Source: Macrostomum lignano
Taxonomy: Eukaryota
Direction of reading: 5' to 3'
NCBI GenBank assembly: GCA_002269645.1
Contig: NIVC01001380.1
Coordinates: forward strand, 237,337-301,336
DNA: 64,000 bases
In this document: in pieces, positions 12,846-25,965 of the stretch
Position numbering within the stretch: the stretch's first letter is position 1
Layout of the letters: each line of letters opens with the position of its first letter
Position numbers and translations under genes: made by a program
The notes under the pieces: generated by a model
The model's input: only the letters and a program-made list of their open reading frames with translations
What the model was told of the DNA's origin: nothing
Database searches by the model: none

Positions 12846-13154
12846 GCACCGTGCATGGTGCAAATAAATTAAGACGGTGCAAATAAATTAAGACATACAT
12901 ATACATACGAGCTACAAAATGCACGCACCTCAATTCACTGTACTGAAATTGGAAGAATATCTTCTCCCTGAGCCTTCTAAAGATTCGAAATATGTATGAA
13001 ACTCAATTAAGCTATATGTAAATGTACATTTCAATGAAAACACCCTCTACAGACAATATTTTATTACATCTATTGAAGACCCTGAAACCAATTGATATTC
13101 ACGTTGTGACTCGTTGTGGTTACATGTTTAATCCTCAATAATTTTTCTTCAGAG

Positions 13155-13270
13155 GCGCCAAAATATAGCGCTTTCGACGCCAAAATAAGTGCCTGCGGTG
13201 GTATGAGTGCCTTCAGCGCCAAAATGAGTGCCTGCAACGCCAAAATGAGCGTTGACAACAGGATTCTGAA
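13155..13270. repeat. Short degenerate array of the GCGCYAAAATGAGTGCCTGC 20-mer family
   Basis: 3-5 degenerate units. Same unit and same downstream GCGYTGACAACA flank as 25390-25660. Confidence 0.75.
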
Positions 13271-14502
13271 AATATAATGGAAATGTAGGAATTTAGTCAT
13301 ATAATATAACATGTAGAATCCTTGGTTTTGTCCCCCCACCAAAAAATCCATGCATGGCGACGTCCCTGCGCATATTAGATGTAGCAACGCATAGCATATA
13401 TTAGCAACCATGTGCGAATCAGCATCTCGATCATGTATGAAGCGCATAGGGGCGACACAGCCCCCCAAAGCCAAAAAAATGTAAAAGTTCAAAGCATTGG
13501 GCAAAAGTTGATTTCAAACGCAGTTGGATCGATACATTTGCTATGCACTTTACTGTATCACGCATAAAAAATAACTACGGTTACTTTTAGAGCATTGAGA
13601 TTATTCAATAAATACTTCAAACCAAAAGTTAATTTTATATTAGAAACGTTTTGTTTAAATTTTTTAATTTTTCAAAAGTTAGGTCGACCTATTTCCAATC
13701 TAGGGCCTAGTTCTTTCAGATCCTGAGTGATGCGCACAGAAAAGAGGCACAAGGGCTACTCAAGTGACTCAGACGTGAAACCTCGTTTCTTGCGCATTTT
13801 TAGAGGCAGGTTTTTCCGAAAATACACCACAGAAATAGGAAATTTTCATTTTTCAGCACAAAAATTGTTATTTCTTTTGATAAGAAGCAGACCAATGTTC
13901 ATTTCATACATGTCAATATGTTTTGCCTTTCTTTTAGCTCTATTGATATTCAAAGTTTTTTTATAAAATTTGGATTCTATGGTAATTTTCTATTCTTCAT
14001 ACTAGTACATCTGTACATTTAGCATAAAATTTAGTATATTTGGATTGTACTTGTATATATCTATGCCTAAAAACCATTAAAATGGCATAGCTGGCTAACC
14101 ATGGCTGGTTGATGGTCGTTTTGTCTGTTGCTAGTTCGTCTGCCACTCTTTTAACTGCAAACACATGATGCAGTCATTTTGGCTACCTCAAAATATTCAA
14201 TATAATATTAGGCCTAGTATTAATCAATTTAATGTGTTATACTTATAATATAAGTATATATAAATTTTTTTAAAAGATATTTACATCTTAAAGTACTTAA
14301 AATATTAAAGATAGTGTACTCGTTTTGTCAGAAGTATGAGAAAATCTAAAAACAACATTTCCCAAACAATCATAAGGCCTGATGTTAAGTTGTCAATAGG
14401 CCCCTAGGCCTAGGCCCTATTAATATAAGCTTATGCCTATACTATAATTATATTTTGACTTCTTATTTAATAAAAAATAAACTTTACAAAAAGGACATCA
14501 TA

Positions 14503-14815
14503 CATACATGTGCAACAGTCAGACAAGTTGGCTGATCCGGCTAACCGATTTGGTGGCCAACCAAGCCCAAGGTAAATTGCAAAAATGCCCAAAAATGCCC
14601 GCTTTAATAAATACTCAAGAAGGGCATAGTAGTAAGTAGATAATAAGGCATTTTGCCTTAATAAGATAGTCAAAGTTACTCCTGCTATTTATCCAAAGTT
14701 GCATTAATTTTGCTTTAGGGTTTTTTATACTACTTTTTTAGCCAAAAACCATGTCGCAATTTTTGTTAAAACTAAGTTGCACAGCCGACTGAATTTTGGA
14801 GGTTACACATGTATG
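14503..14815. mobile_element. Diverged second copy of the 542-840 MITE
   Basis: Colinear with copy 1 (CATACATGTGCAACAG...GGAGGTTACACATGTATG). Differences are mostly CpG to TpG/CpA/TpA. No 8-bp TSD recognisable. Confidence 0.85.
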
Positions 14816-16951
14816 ATAGGCCTAGGTCTATCATATAATATATTCATTAATAGGGCCAAGGCTCATATCAAAGGAATTGCCAATTGTTATCAACTCAAGA
14901 ACTGCAAATTTAGCCTTTAATAAGCTTATTATCTAGGCCTAGTCTAAATTCATTTGAAATTTTAATAATGTTACAATTTTATATTATGTTTCTTTGAATT
15001 AAAGGCTTACTAGGCCTATGCTATAATAAACAAAATTACACATACAAAAATAATATCTCATTGTAACTCTGCATGATTCAAATATCTTATAGAAAATTAG
15101 GCTTACCGCTTAGCATTATATATTTTATAGCTAATTTTAGCCCCCCTACTCTTTATTTTAAAAAGTCATTTTATCTGCCAGCAGACAAATGTCCATATAT
15201 TGCACTATGGCTAGCTTGCTAGGCTTGGTATATTGGTTTTTAAATTTTTTTCTAATTTATTTTACTATTCTTAATCTTAGTTGACTTTAATTATAAACAA
15301 TGTATAATAAATAAGTGTATAATAGAGACAATACAATAATCAATAGATTCATATAACCAATACCTTAAGCTTATAATTATTTCAATCCTTTTATCTCAAG
15401 TCAAGAGTCTTAAAACTTAAGTATTTCATAGGTAAATAAGCAATAGGTTGAGGCAACTATCACATTGAACAACCTAAAATATAGGGGGGCCTACCGGCCT
15501 AGACATATATGCATAATAATAAGTCTTCAAAGATATCAAAGTTATCTATATTGCTATTTTTTTAAAAAAATTACTTTTTATATTTATGCTTGCAATATAT
15601 CATTGACACTAGCCTTTGCTCTTAATCATTAACTAGAATATATTTGCAACATATTTGTACAGTTGTTTGTTGCTTTATTATTGTAATAGTTGTAAGACTC
15701 TTCAAGACTAAGGGCCAGATTTTTGTAAGCACAACTTATGTCTAAGTCTAATAGAAACTATCCCTATTGGAATAATTTCTGAAAATGCATATATATGTCA
15801 AAGGTCTAGCAAAAATGTAGTTGTTCACAAGTGGTTATAAGTAGGATAGTTATTGTGTAATTATACTTAAATTGCACTGAAAAACTTTTATACTTTAATA
15901 GCAATATTTTGTTTTTAATTGTTGCTTCTATGATTCATTGGAATAATTTTTTGTTTTTTGTTGTTCATTGGAATAACATGAAACAATGTGTCCATACTGT
16001 AAGGGGATCATAAAACAAAAGTGAGGGGGGGGGTTAAAAAGGCAATACCTTGATTTCATTTTTGATATATGATCCCTTGCAAACAAATTTTTCGACTTGA
16101 GGGATTGTATTACAAAATTGATAAAAAGCCCAAGTTTCATTATCTAATCCCTTTCCATACATTTTCTCCATTTGAATGATTGTATAATAAAAGTGAATAT
16201 AGAGATGTTCCTACTCCTGCTGAGAATCTTGTTGAAGCTTTGTTTGATTGCCTCATTTTAGTTGCATTCCACTTCAAATAGATGGCAATTAAAACTGCCT
16301 TAATGCAGTACCTTTGACTCATGAATAACATTTTGTCTGGTGTCTATTCTTTGACTGCATCTTTTACATAGGGATCATATAACAAAAGTGCATAAGAATG
16401 GGGATCGTAAAACAAAAGAATGCCTAGACTCCTAATAGTCATGTGTTAATTTCAGAAAAGAAAAAACCAAATTAAATGCAAATTAAATGTTATATTTCTA
16501 TATAAGACTATTAAAATAAGTATCTAATATTATGATAGCAGTGAATATAACCCCAAAATTAATTTGTATAATGGCTGATTATAGTAATGTTAGTAGTTTG
16601 TAAGTTGTTGATTTTCTTTTTATCTAGATTATATTAGTGATATTTTTAGAACTTGTAAATATTTGAATAATAATTTTATAGAAACCGAAGTATATTTTGC
16701 CTAAATATATCTATATTATTGGCATGGAAGATGTTTACTCAAATTGTCTAGCAAATATAGGCTTGAATTGCATGAATAAATTTTGCCATTGCTTATTGGG
16801 TGCCCAGAAAAGGGGCACTAGATTGCTAGTCTGGTTACTATAAAGTTATACAGAATTAATATAGTAGCCTTTCTGAAAAGTTCATGACGTACTTTTATAC
16901 ATATTTTTCAGCTTGCTTACCCAAGCTAGAAGCCAGTAATATTGAATAACA

Positions 16952-17723
<772 letters not shown>

Positions 17724-18049
17724 AGAGCGATGACGATCAACTCCGTGGCCATTTTGATTGGCTGGTAGTTAAACTTGAGCGATTGACTGCGCTGGAATGA
17801 TATAAGATAAGAAAAAATCTGCAAAAATGATTGTCGAGTTCGAATAATTGATTGGATACAAAAATTGTTTGTTTTTCTGTTTTTTTTTATTTAAATTTAA
17901 TTCTAAGTTGACTAGTTATTTATAGGTTAAAGCTTGTTCTTGCCATCACTTCAACACGCTCAATTCTTAGGATACTGCCTCATTTACGGTAGTTTGCTCT
18001 TAAATATCATTTTAAAGCAATTCCTTTTAAGCTCTTTCTTAGTCTCTCT

Positions 18050-18600
18050 TTAGCTTGTTTCTTAGAATCGCTATTTAGCTTGTTTCTTAGAATCGCTCTT
18101 TAGCTTGTTTCTTAGAATCGCTCTTTAGCTTCTTTCTTAGAACCGCTCTTTAGCTTCTTTCTTAGAACCGCTCTTTAGCTTGTTTCTTAGAATCGCTCTT
18201 TAGCTTGTTTCTTAGAATCGCTCTTTAGCTTGTTTCTTAGAATCGCTCTTTAGCTTGTTTCTTAGAATCGCTCTCTAGCTTGTTTCTTAGAATCGCTCTT
18301 TAGCTTGTTTCTTAGAACCGCCCATAAGCTTGTTTCTTAGAATCGCCTATAAGCTTGTTTCTTAGAATCGCCCATAAGCTTGTTTCTTAGAATCGCCCAT
18401 AAGCTTGTTTCTTAGAATCGCCCATAAGCTTGTTTCTTAGAATCACTCTATACAATGAGTCCTTTTCAAGAATTGCTCTTAAGCTTGTTTCGTAGAATTG
18501 CTCTTAGACTTGTTTCTTAGAATCGCTGTATACAATGATTCGTTTCTAATAATAGCACTTAGTCTTGTTTCTTAGAATCTCTCTTAAACTTTCTTAGAAT
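18050..18600. repeat. 25-bp minisatellite (TAGCTTGTTTCTTAGAATCGCTCTT) between RPS14 and RPA2
   Basis: CTTAGAATCG recurs at 18061, 18086, 18111 and onward; about 20 units, degenerating distally. Confidence 0.95.
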
Positions 18601-18694
18601 CGCCCGTTAACTAATTTTCCAAGAAACCGCCTTCTTTAACCCTTAGTTACTTTATAATATAATCTATACACTAAATGCATGCTCGATAGCAACA

Positions 18695-19847
18695 ATGTGG
18701 AGCGCCAGCCAATACGGTGGAGGTAACGACGCTGACGGAACGATGGGCGGCGGCGGCGGCGGCGGCTTCATGAACTCGCCGGGTCCCGCCGGAGGTCGAG
18801 GAGGCGGCGGTCGCGGCGGCGGCGGCCCAAATCGAATCAACAGCGTGACGCCGTGCACCTGCGCGGAGCTGCTAGCCGCCGTATCGGCCGACGATCAGTT
18901 CACCAGCCCGACTGGCATCCCGCTTGGCCAAGTCACCATCGTTGGCGTTGTGCGTCAGCTGACTCGCTCAGCCGCCCGGATTGACTATCAGGTAGACGAC
19001 TACACTGGCGCCCCCATCGATGTGAAGCAGTTTGTTGACAACGAATCCGAAGACGATCCGAGCGCCAATCTTGGCGACGATTCCATTGCCGTTTTAGAAG
19101 AAGGCGACTACGTTCGAGTTTATGGCCAGCTGCGAAATATGCAGGGCAGCCGTGCTGTGTCCGCTTTTAAAGTGACTAAATTGGCTGATATGAATGAGCT
19201 CAGCTTTCACCTGGTGCACGTGGTCAGGGCTAGGATGTCTGCGCAGGGTGGCCCCGCTAATGGCGGAGGCAGTCAGGTGAGATTCTATAGATTCCAATCT
19301 CAGGGGGTGAGATTCTATAGATTCCAATCTCAGGGGTGAGATTCCATAGATTCAAATCTCAGGAGAGAATATTCTATAGATTCCTATCTCAGGGACAGGG
19401 AGGTGAGATTCTATAGATTCCAATCTTAAGGAATTAGATTCTATAGATTCCAATCTCAGGGGTGAGATTATAGGTAGATCCCAAGCTCAGGGGATGAGAT
19501 TCTATAATAGATTTCATTTTCAAGATCCTACGGACTTCCCTGGCAACAGATCCCACCCTTATTCCACTCGGTCCCATCCGCAGCCGATGATGTCATCCGA
19601 CGCAGCCAGGCCAAACGGTCTCGCAGGGCTGGCCTCACCGTCGGCAGCCGGCATGAACAAGCTGGAGCAGCAGGTGCTCGCCATACTACGCGACGGCGAC
19701 TGCGACGAAGGCCTACACGTGCAGCGCATTCTCGAACGCCTGCCCGGCGTGCCAATCAAACGGCTAAAAGACGTTCTGAGCAGTCTGGGCGATGAGGGGC
19801 ACATCTATACTAGCACTGACGACGATCACTTCCGATTGATTCAGTGA
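18695..19847 (+). CDS. RPA2: Replication protein A 32-kDa subunit; join(18695..19276,19584..19847), ~281 aa
   Basis: OB fold (VTPCT..ELL, QVTIVGVVR, YQVDDYTG, YVRVYGQLR, DMNELSFH) and C-terminal winged helix (EGHIYTSTDDDHF). Phase-0 donor CAG/GTGAGA joins the phase-0 acceptor CCCATCCGCAG/ in frame. Confidence 0.92.
19277..19500. repeat. ~30-bp minisatellite (GTGAGATTCTATAGATTCCAATCTCAGGGG) starting at the RPA2 splice donor
   Basis: About 7 units. The first unit supplies the intron GT. Each unit has a GAGATT...AATCTC inverted repeat. Confidence 0.9.
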
Positions 19848-21049
19848 TTGCTGACAAACAAATTTACATCAATTCAATATACTCTTCAGCTGCCGCTAAT
19901 CAGCATTTATGATTAATTACAATTTTGTCACTTAGCTCCCGTATAAGCGCTAAAGTAAGGCATTGATTGGTCAGCCCATGTTGCAGTTATAAATTATTAA
20001 ACCTTCGCATTTCAGTCCCATATTGCTAATTAATCTAAAATGGTAAATATCTATTGTAGTGACTTATATTTTTGTTAAACTATCTCCATTTTATTTTCTC
20101 AATCTATATTAATGCTACAAAGCAAAATAAATAAATAAATAAATAATACATTTCGTTCAAATTAATTGCCAGTTGATCTAAATTTTGCTATGGATGCAGT
20201 CTGACGCAGTATTTCAATCTCCTCTCCCCACCCCACCAACCCCCCCACTAATACCCATATATTAAAAATGAGTTGTTTGTCTCTATGTGAAAGATTTCAG
20301 AAAAAAACGGTTTAAACCGATTTTCTTCAAACTTGCACCATTCGATCAGAAATTTTCCTGTGACGGTACATGCATGGTGGCTAAGAAATTTCTCAATGTT
20401 AAAGGGATTAACTATTCAAAAAAACATGCTTTTGTGCAAAGGTCAAGCAGACTTTTCGACTTGAAATGCATTGTAAGAATGCTAGAGAAAAAACTGACTG
20501 GCTGATTTTTTACCCTGCAAAAGATTGCATCACAACAAGTTTGAAACAGTGTCGAAGAGAAAAGCACACAAGACTTGATTTGAGATTGAGTAACTATATA
20601 GTATTTATTTATTGTCCGTGTACTGGCTGAGTTTTACTACTTTAATTGCCTCGCAGTGTTAAAATAGTCTGGAAGCATAAGAGTAGCACCAGACTTGGTT
20701 GAAATTGATGCTGGCTGACTGAGAAATTGATTGTGTCATAATTTTTACTCTAACCGACTTGCTGTAAGTATTGAATTATAAGAGCCACAATTCATGTTCT
20801 CCAATTTACAAGCGATAGCCTAGATGTGAACAGACTAGATTGCTAATGTAGCGACCTGGGTTCGAATCTTAGCAGAGTAAAATATTTTTTATTAAAAAGC
20901 CTTATAAACAAAATGTCAAAAAGCCATCATGTTAATCATAAAAGAGCCAACATGTCAAACATAAAGGAGCCACTATAAAGCTAAGGAAATTGTTGCACTA
21001 GCTACTTGTTGTCCGGTGGATGCTTGCTATTTAAGGATAGATAGATACT

Positions 21050-21560
21050 TGCTATCAGGGGAATGCTTGCTATCTGAGGGATGCTTTCTATCGGAAGGAT
21101 GCTTGCTATTGGGGGATGCTTGAGGGGGTGGAGGGTACTTGCTATCGAGAGGGGGTTGCTAGGTATCTAAAAGGATTCTTTCTATCCAGGGATGCTTGCT
21201 ATCCAGGGATTCTTTCTATCCAAAGATTCTTGCTATCCAGGGATGCTTGCTATCCAGGGATTCTTGCTATCCAGGGATGCTTGCTATCCAGGGATTCTTG
21301 CTATCCAGGGATGCTTGCTATCCAGGGATTCTTGCTATCCAGGGATGCTTGCTATCCAGGGATTCTTGCTATCCAGGGATGCTTGCTATCCAGGGATTCT
21401 TGCTATCCAGGGATGCTTGCTATCCAGGGATTCTTGCTATCCAGGGATTCTTGCTATCCAGGGATTCTTGCTATCCAGGGATGCTTGCTATCCAGGGATT
21501 CTTGCTATCCAGGGATGCTTGCTATCCAGGGATTCTTGCTATCCAGGGATTCTTGCTATC
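21050..21560. repeat. 17-bp minisatellite (GCTATCCAGGGATGCTT / GCTATCCAGGGATTCTT)
   Basis: Period 17 (GGAT at 21241, 21258, 21275). Two variants largely alternate. Degenerate 5' units. Confidence 0.95.
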
Positions 21561-22849
21561 TTGGGAGGGGGGTGCTTGCCGTCTGGGGAATGCTTTATTT
21601 TGTTGTGTACTTTTGTTACGTGTAAAAAAGAGAAATTTATAGAAAACAGTTCTGTCCACAGTTCTGTGGTTTCGTCCATGGCAATTTTACTTTCAGGTGA
21701 TCTATAAAACTGAAGAAGGAATCGGTTGAAAAATGTGCTTTTTATGGATTTCCATGAAAAATGTTTGCTACTTGCTTATTTGGCGCCCCGAAAATTAACT
21801 AGATTGTTAGTATAGTGCTCAAATTAATAAGTTAGCTGAGTCACTACCAGTCAGACAGGGTCAGAGAATCTCCCCTCGCCTCCACCTCCACCTCCACATC
21901 GTCTATGTCTCACCTTTAAGTCGCGCACGTAGAGTCACCCACCCCTTGCTGTGCAGCCACCCCTAAACTAATTACATGGACGGCTGCAAAGATGGACATT
22001 AGCCCTGCAGTGAGATGGGCGAAGCCCGAGCCCGACGAGTATCTGCCGCTCCTGCAGGAGTACAAGAGCTGAAAAAGTTAAGTGATGCAAGACACGCTTT
22101 GCCAGATGCTGGATAAAAACTTGGCTTCAATTAATTGGTTGCATTAAAATTGGAACTCTAGGCAATGGCCGGTCATTGCCATGAAGAGAAATTTTGGACA
22201 TTGTCGCCTAAAGTGCGCCAGGGTGCGTGGCATCCCTGCTTCTAATAGAAATGGATGCCAAAATACGACATTCTTGACATCTCAAAGCCGCTTCATCGTT
22301 TTTTAATCTTTGCAAAATGAAATTACACTATTGCCATAGGCACGCAACCTTTGCAAGGCTTCCTATCTAAGAGTAAATCCAATATAAATTTTTTATTCTC
22401 CAATGTTTGTCAATTTCCACACTATAAATTTACTTATAGTGGAACCTGATCTGCTGGGTACTGCAGCTGACACCCATGCAGTATTGTTCAGAATTGTAGA
22501 TAAAATTGTGCAAATTTCGTTTTTATTATTAGAGTAAAAGTCAGGCCCAGTTGTAAAAGTCAAACAAGCAATCTACAATCTAGCAGCTTACTGCACCTGA
22601 GAGTTGGCATCCGGCAGCGGGTTGGCGCGACATGCAAACATCTATCTTGGAGACTGCATTCTCGGATATTTAACACCGATTCAGACGGGGCTGACTAAAA
22701 GTTTTCCCAGTGCGTTCAGTTTTTGCAGATGCTGCAAGCTGGAGAATCTATCGTATGTTGAAATTAAAATATTCTGCAAAATGATTAACCACATTTAGCT
22801 AATCATTATAAACGCTTAATATTCTGATAAGCTCTCCAGAGAAGTCTAA

Positions 22850-23000
22850 GGGGGACTGCTCTGCAAAATGCTGTGGCTTACGGGGAGCTGCTGAGATGCC
22901 AAGATTCATGAGGGGAATTGCTGACAGGTCAAGACTTACGGGGGTAATTGTTTGAGATTTCGAGGCCTATAAGGGAGCTTCTGAGAAGTTGAGGCTCTAA
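22850..23000. repeat. Degenerate ~30-bp array, reverse-complement relative of the 46420-47300 minisatellite
   Basis: GCTGAGATGCCAAGATTCATGAGGGGAATTGCTGA matches the reverse complement of TCAGCAATTCCCCCATGAGCCTTGGCATCTCAGC. Confidence 0.7.
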
Positions 23001-23056
23001 TTTCTAATTAATTATAATTATTTAGGAATTTCTAAAATGCTAAAACTCACCCTGGT

Positions 23057-23103
23057 TTTAGGATTAGGGTTTAGGGTCAGTTTTGGAGGTTAGAGTTAGG
23101 GTT
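23057..23103 (+). repeat. Short degenerate interstitial TTAGGG-like run
   Basis: TTAGGA TTAGGG TTTAGGG ... TTAGAG TTAGGG. Only 5 imperfect units. Confidence 0.4.
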
Positions 23104-24368
23104 CCATCTTGAACCATCGCCATGTCAACCATAAATATAAAAGACTTATTGGAGAATTCCTAAGATTTCAATTCTCATGGGGGCTTTTTAAGATGTCCTG
23201 ACTGTCCTAACTTTCTAAGACATTCCTAAAATGTCAAGGCTTTTGTTTTTGGCTAATAGAAATTTGTGTGGGACTTTTAGTGGGGAGTTTTAGGCTATTG
23301 GGCGATTGTTAAATAGTCAAGAAGTACGGCTTAGGTGACTCGTTTAATTCAGTTCATGAGATATTGCTGATCTCTGCTACTGAAAATGTGTATTAGAGAG
23401 ATTTGATGCCTCGACTTATGCTAATCGTCAGGGATTGGCGTATTGAGCTGTTGGGAACCAGAATATACCAGGCTTAATGAGTATATGCACTATGGGCTTT
23501 TGGTTGACTGGACAGGTATTATTTGCTGATTGAGAGAGGGTTTTGGGCTGCTGAAGGTAACCTTTTTGACTGTTAAAACTTTTTGAGTTAGGGTTAATGA
23601 TTTTTGCTACGAATGAGAAAAAGCGAATTCTTAACTAATGGAATCAAAATTTTGGATAATTAGTTTAATTACACTCAGGTGCAAAAATGGGGCACTTTGG
23701 GGCCCTAAATCAATTGCTAAAATTAGACAGCTCAGCGTTGATCCCTATTATAAATCTATCTTATCTCTCTCTTATCTCTCCCTCTCATTTCTCCTTTTGC
23801 CTCTCATCTCCCACCTACCTCTCAGATCTCCTGGCTGACCAACACCCCCCCCCACCCGCCACCCTCCCAGATCCCCTGCCTCTCTAACAGGAAACGTGTC
23901 GAGATCCTTTCGAAAAGAGCTGAATTCTGTTACTGTGAAAGCCTAAAAGAAGACAATAGGGGGAACTGCACATTGCAGATCAACAATGGAGCTTCTATCT
24001 AATCAGCTAATGAGCTGGAACCATGCTGCCTGTTTGTCTGGCAGCTGGAAATGAATGCAAAGCATCGCAGCTTCAAACGCCTCATCAATGAGCAGTTTTT
24101 CATAATAGCCAAACATCTCTACAGCCTCTAAAAGGCAAACGAAGCAATCGGTCCCAGTTTGGAAGCCTTTGTCGGGGGCTTCAATGCGACACATTCGGCA
24201 TTCAGAAGATTCGCAATGAAAAGCTTTCAGTTAAAGCAGGCATCGCATTCATTAGTGTGTATAAATACAAGTCAGTTTAGCTGGGGAAAACTCACTTGCG
24301 AGGTGCAAACAAAGCTCATAAGATTCCCATATCAGTATTCTCTCTATGACACCCAATAGAGCTGACAA

Positions 24369-24707
24369 ATGAGTCCCAACTTGCGGCTTACCTGTTGGGT
24401 GTTTGCAATCGCCCTAGCTGTGATTGCTGAGTCAGCTGACTCTTCTAATTCCCTCTCGAAATGGAAGCTGCAGTCTGGTGACATCTCCGAGTACAGGGTT
24501 CTGCGAGTGCTCAAGAGTGATAGCAAGATCGACTGTCTGAGCAGTTCCTATGCGGCCGAAGCTGCTCGCGCTGTCTCATTCAGCGCTGAGTCGGGAGACT
24601 GCACCCTGCTGGTGTGCCACCGAGGCAGCAAGGACGCCTGCCGAAAGTTCCGGCACGAGGGAGATCCTGGCCTGGCGAAGCTGTGGGTGAGTAGCACAGC
24701 TCAGTGA
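24369..24707 (+). CDS. Small secreted PAN/apple-like protein, or first exon of a larger gene (donor GTGAGT at 24687)
   Basis: Signal peptide MSPNLRLTCWVFAIALAVIAES and a PAN-like pattern SKIDCLSS...AVSFSAESGDCTLLVC. Consensus phase-0 donor after codon 106. Confidence 0.55.
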   Translation: MSPNLRLTCWVFAIALAVIAESADSSNSLSKWKLQSGDISEYRVLRVLKSDSKIDCLSSSYAAEAARAVSFSAESGDCTLLVCHRGSKDACRKFRHEGDPGLAKLWVSSTAQ

Positions 24708-25389
24708 TCAGGATACTGCCGAGTTGTAACTGCCGCAGTGTGACTTGTTGTTATATATAACTTTTTGGCAATAAAAGTTTCACTGCGTGACCGGAAAAGT
24801 CAAGAGGATGCGACAAAGAACTGCAGAAGCATCGCAGACAACGTGTACGAGCGTACCGATTTGCAACTTCATTCGTGACGACTCCTTGTTGTCAGAATGT
24901 TTATACAATCCACGGTATTTTGAGGGGCAAATCGAATTACTTACTATACGTTAGTATTTTTCCCTTTTTTCGCATTCACTAAATAATGACATTGTCAGCA
25001 TTGCGCTAAAAAGCCTGCAACATTTCTAATCTCTATAAATCTGGGGTCGGCAATCTCTGGCCCGCGAAGCCCCTTCCGGGTCCTTTGAAACTTCACAAGG
25101 CATGGGGAGGGGCATTTTGGACAAAAAATGTATTTTCACTTTCTCCATTCGCTCGTAATGTTATTAACTCTACATAGATTATTTGCAAAGAAATTGATAA
25201 AGATGGGGGGATGCCGACTTAGGGAAATTGAAAAAAATCACGCGTTGACAGCTGGGGGACATGTCCTCCCCCCCCCCCAAGTAAAACCTATGGGGGGACA
25301 TGCCAATGCTTTGTCCCCCCACCCCAACATGTGGACCCGTTGACCCGTTATAGAAATAAATAATTTTGCTTCAGGGCAACAAAACATTG

Positions 25390-25660
25390 CGCCTGCAGCA
25401 CCAAAATGCCTGCAGCGCTAGAATGTTGCCTGCAGCACTAAAATGAGTGCCTGCGGCGCTAAAATGAGTGCCTGCGGCGCTAAAATGTTGCCTGCAGCGC
25501 TAAAATGAGTGCCTGCGGCGCTAAAATGTTGCCTGCAGCGCTAAAATGAGTGCCTGCGGCGCTAAAATGTTGCCTGCAGCGCTAAAATGAGTGCCTGCAG
25601 CACCAAAATGAGTGCCTGCGGCGCTAAAATCAGTGCCTGCGACGCTGAGCGCTGACAACA
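25390..25660. repeat. 18-20-bp minisatellite (GCGCTAAAATGAGTGCCTGC)
   Basis: About 13 units alternating 20- and 18-bp variants. Related to 13155-13270. Confidence 0.9.
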
Positions 25661-25965
25661 CCGACTCTCAAAATAATTTACATATAGGAATTTTCCTACT
25701 CTAAAGCGGCAAAATCTTATATGGCTCGTTAGCGGATATTAATTGTTGATTTATAGCTAATAAAAAGCAAACACAAGATGCTCTTTACTCAGCGAGAGCA
25801 AAGGGTAAGCTAAGAACTAAGCGGTAAGCCATATAGAGACGACAAAGCAATTGTTTGTACCGCCATCTTTCTATTGGATGGCGAGCCAATTAAAAGCCAG
25901 CGCTGCTTCTTCTACACGGTTCTACAGACTGTGCTGCTGCTTGCTGCAGCTCTGACTGCTGAATC

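Noticed and set aside
19494-19583. Earlier acceptors for RPA2 exon 2 (19510, 19524, 19549)
   Set aside because: Phases are incompatible with the phase-0 donor at 19277; only 19583 keeps the winged-helix frame.
23057-23103. Interstitial telomere or chromosome-fusion scar
   Set aside because: Only about 5 imperfect TTAGGG-like units in one orientation; more likely part of a dispersed repeat.
24003-24194. Minus-strand 63-aa ORF with globular-looking sequence (possible transposase fragment)
   Set aside because: I could not recognise a family motif; needs an HMM search.
25040-25345. hAT-like MITE end (CTGGGGTCGGCAA..GGCCCGCG; GGGGACATGTCC palindromes)
   Set aside because: No matching opposite terminus or TSD found, so not supportable as a delimited element.
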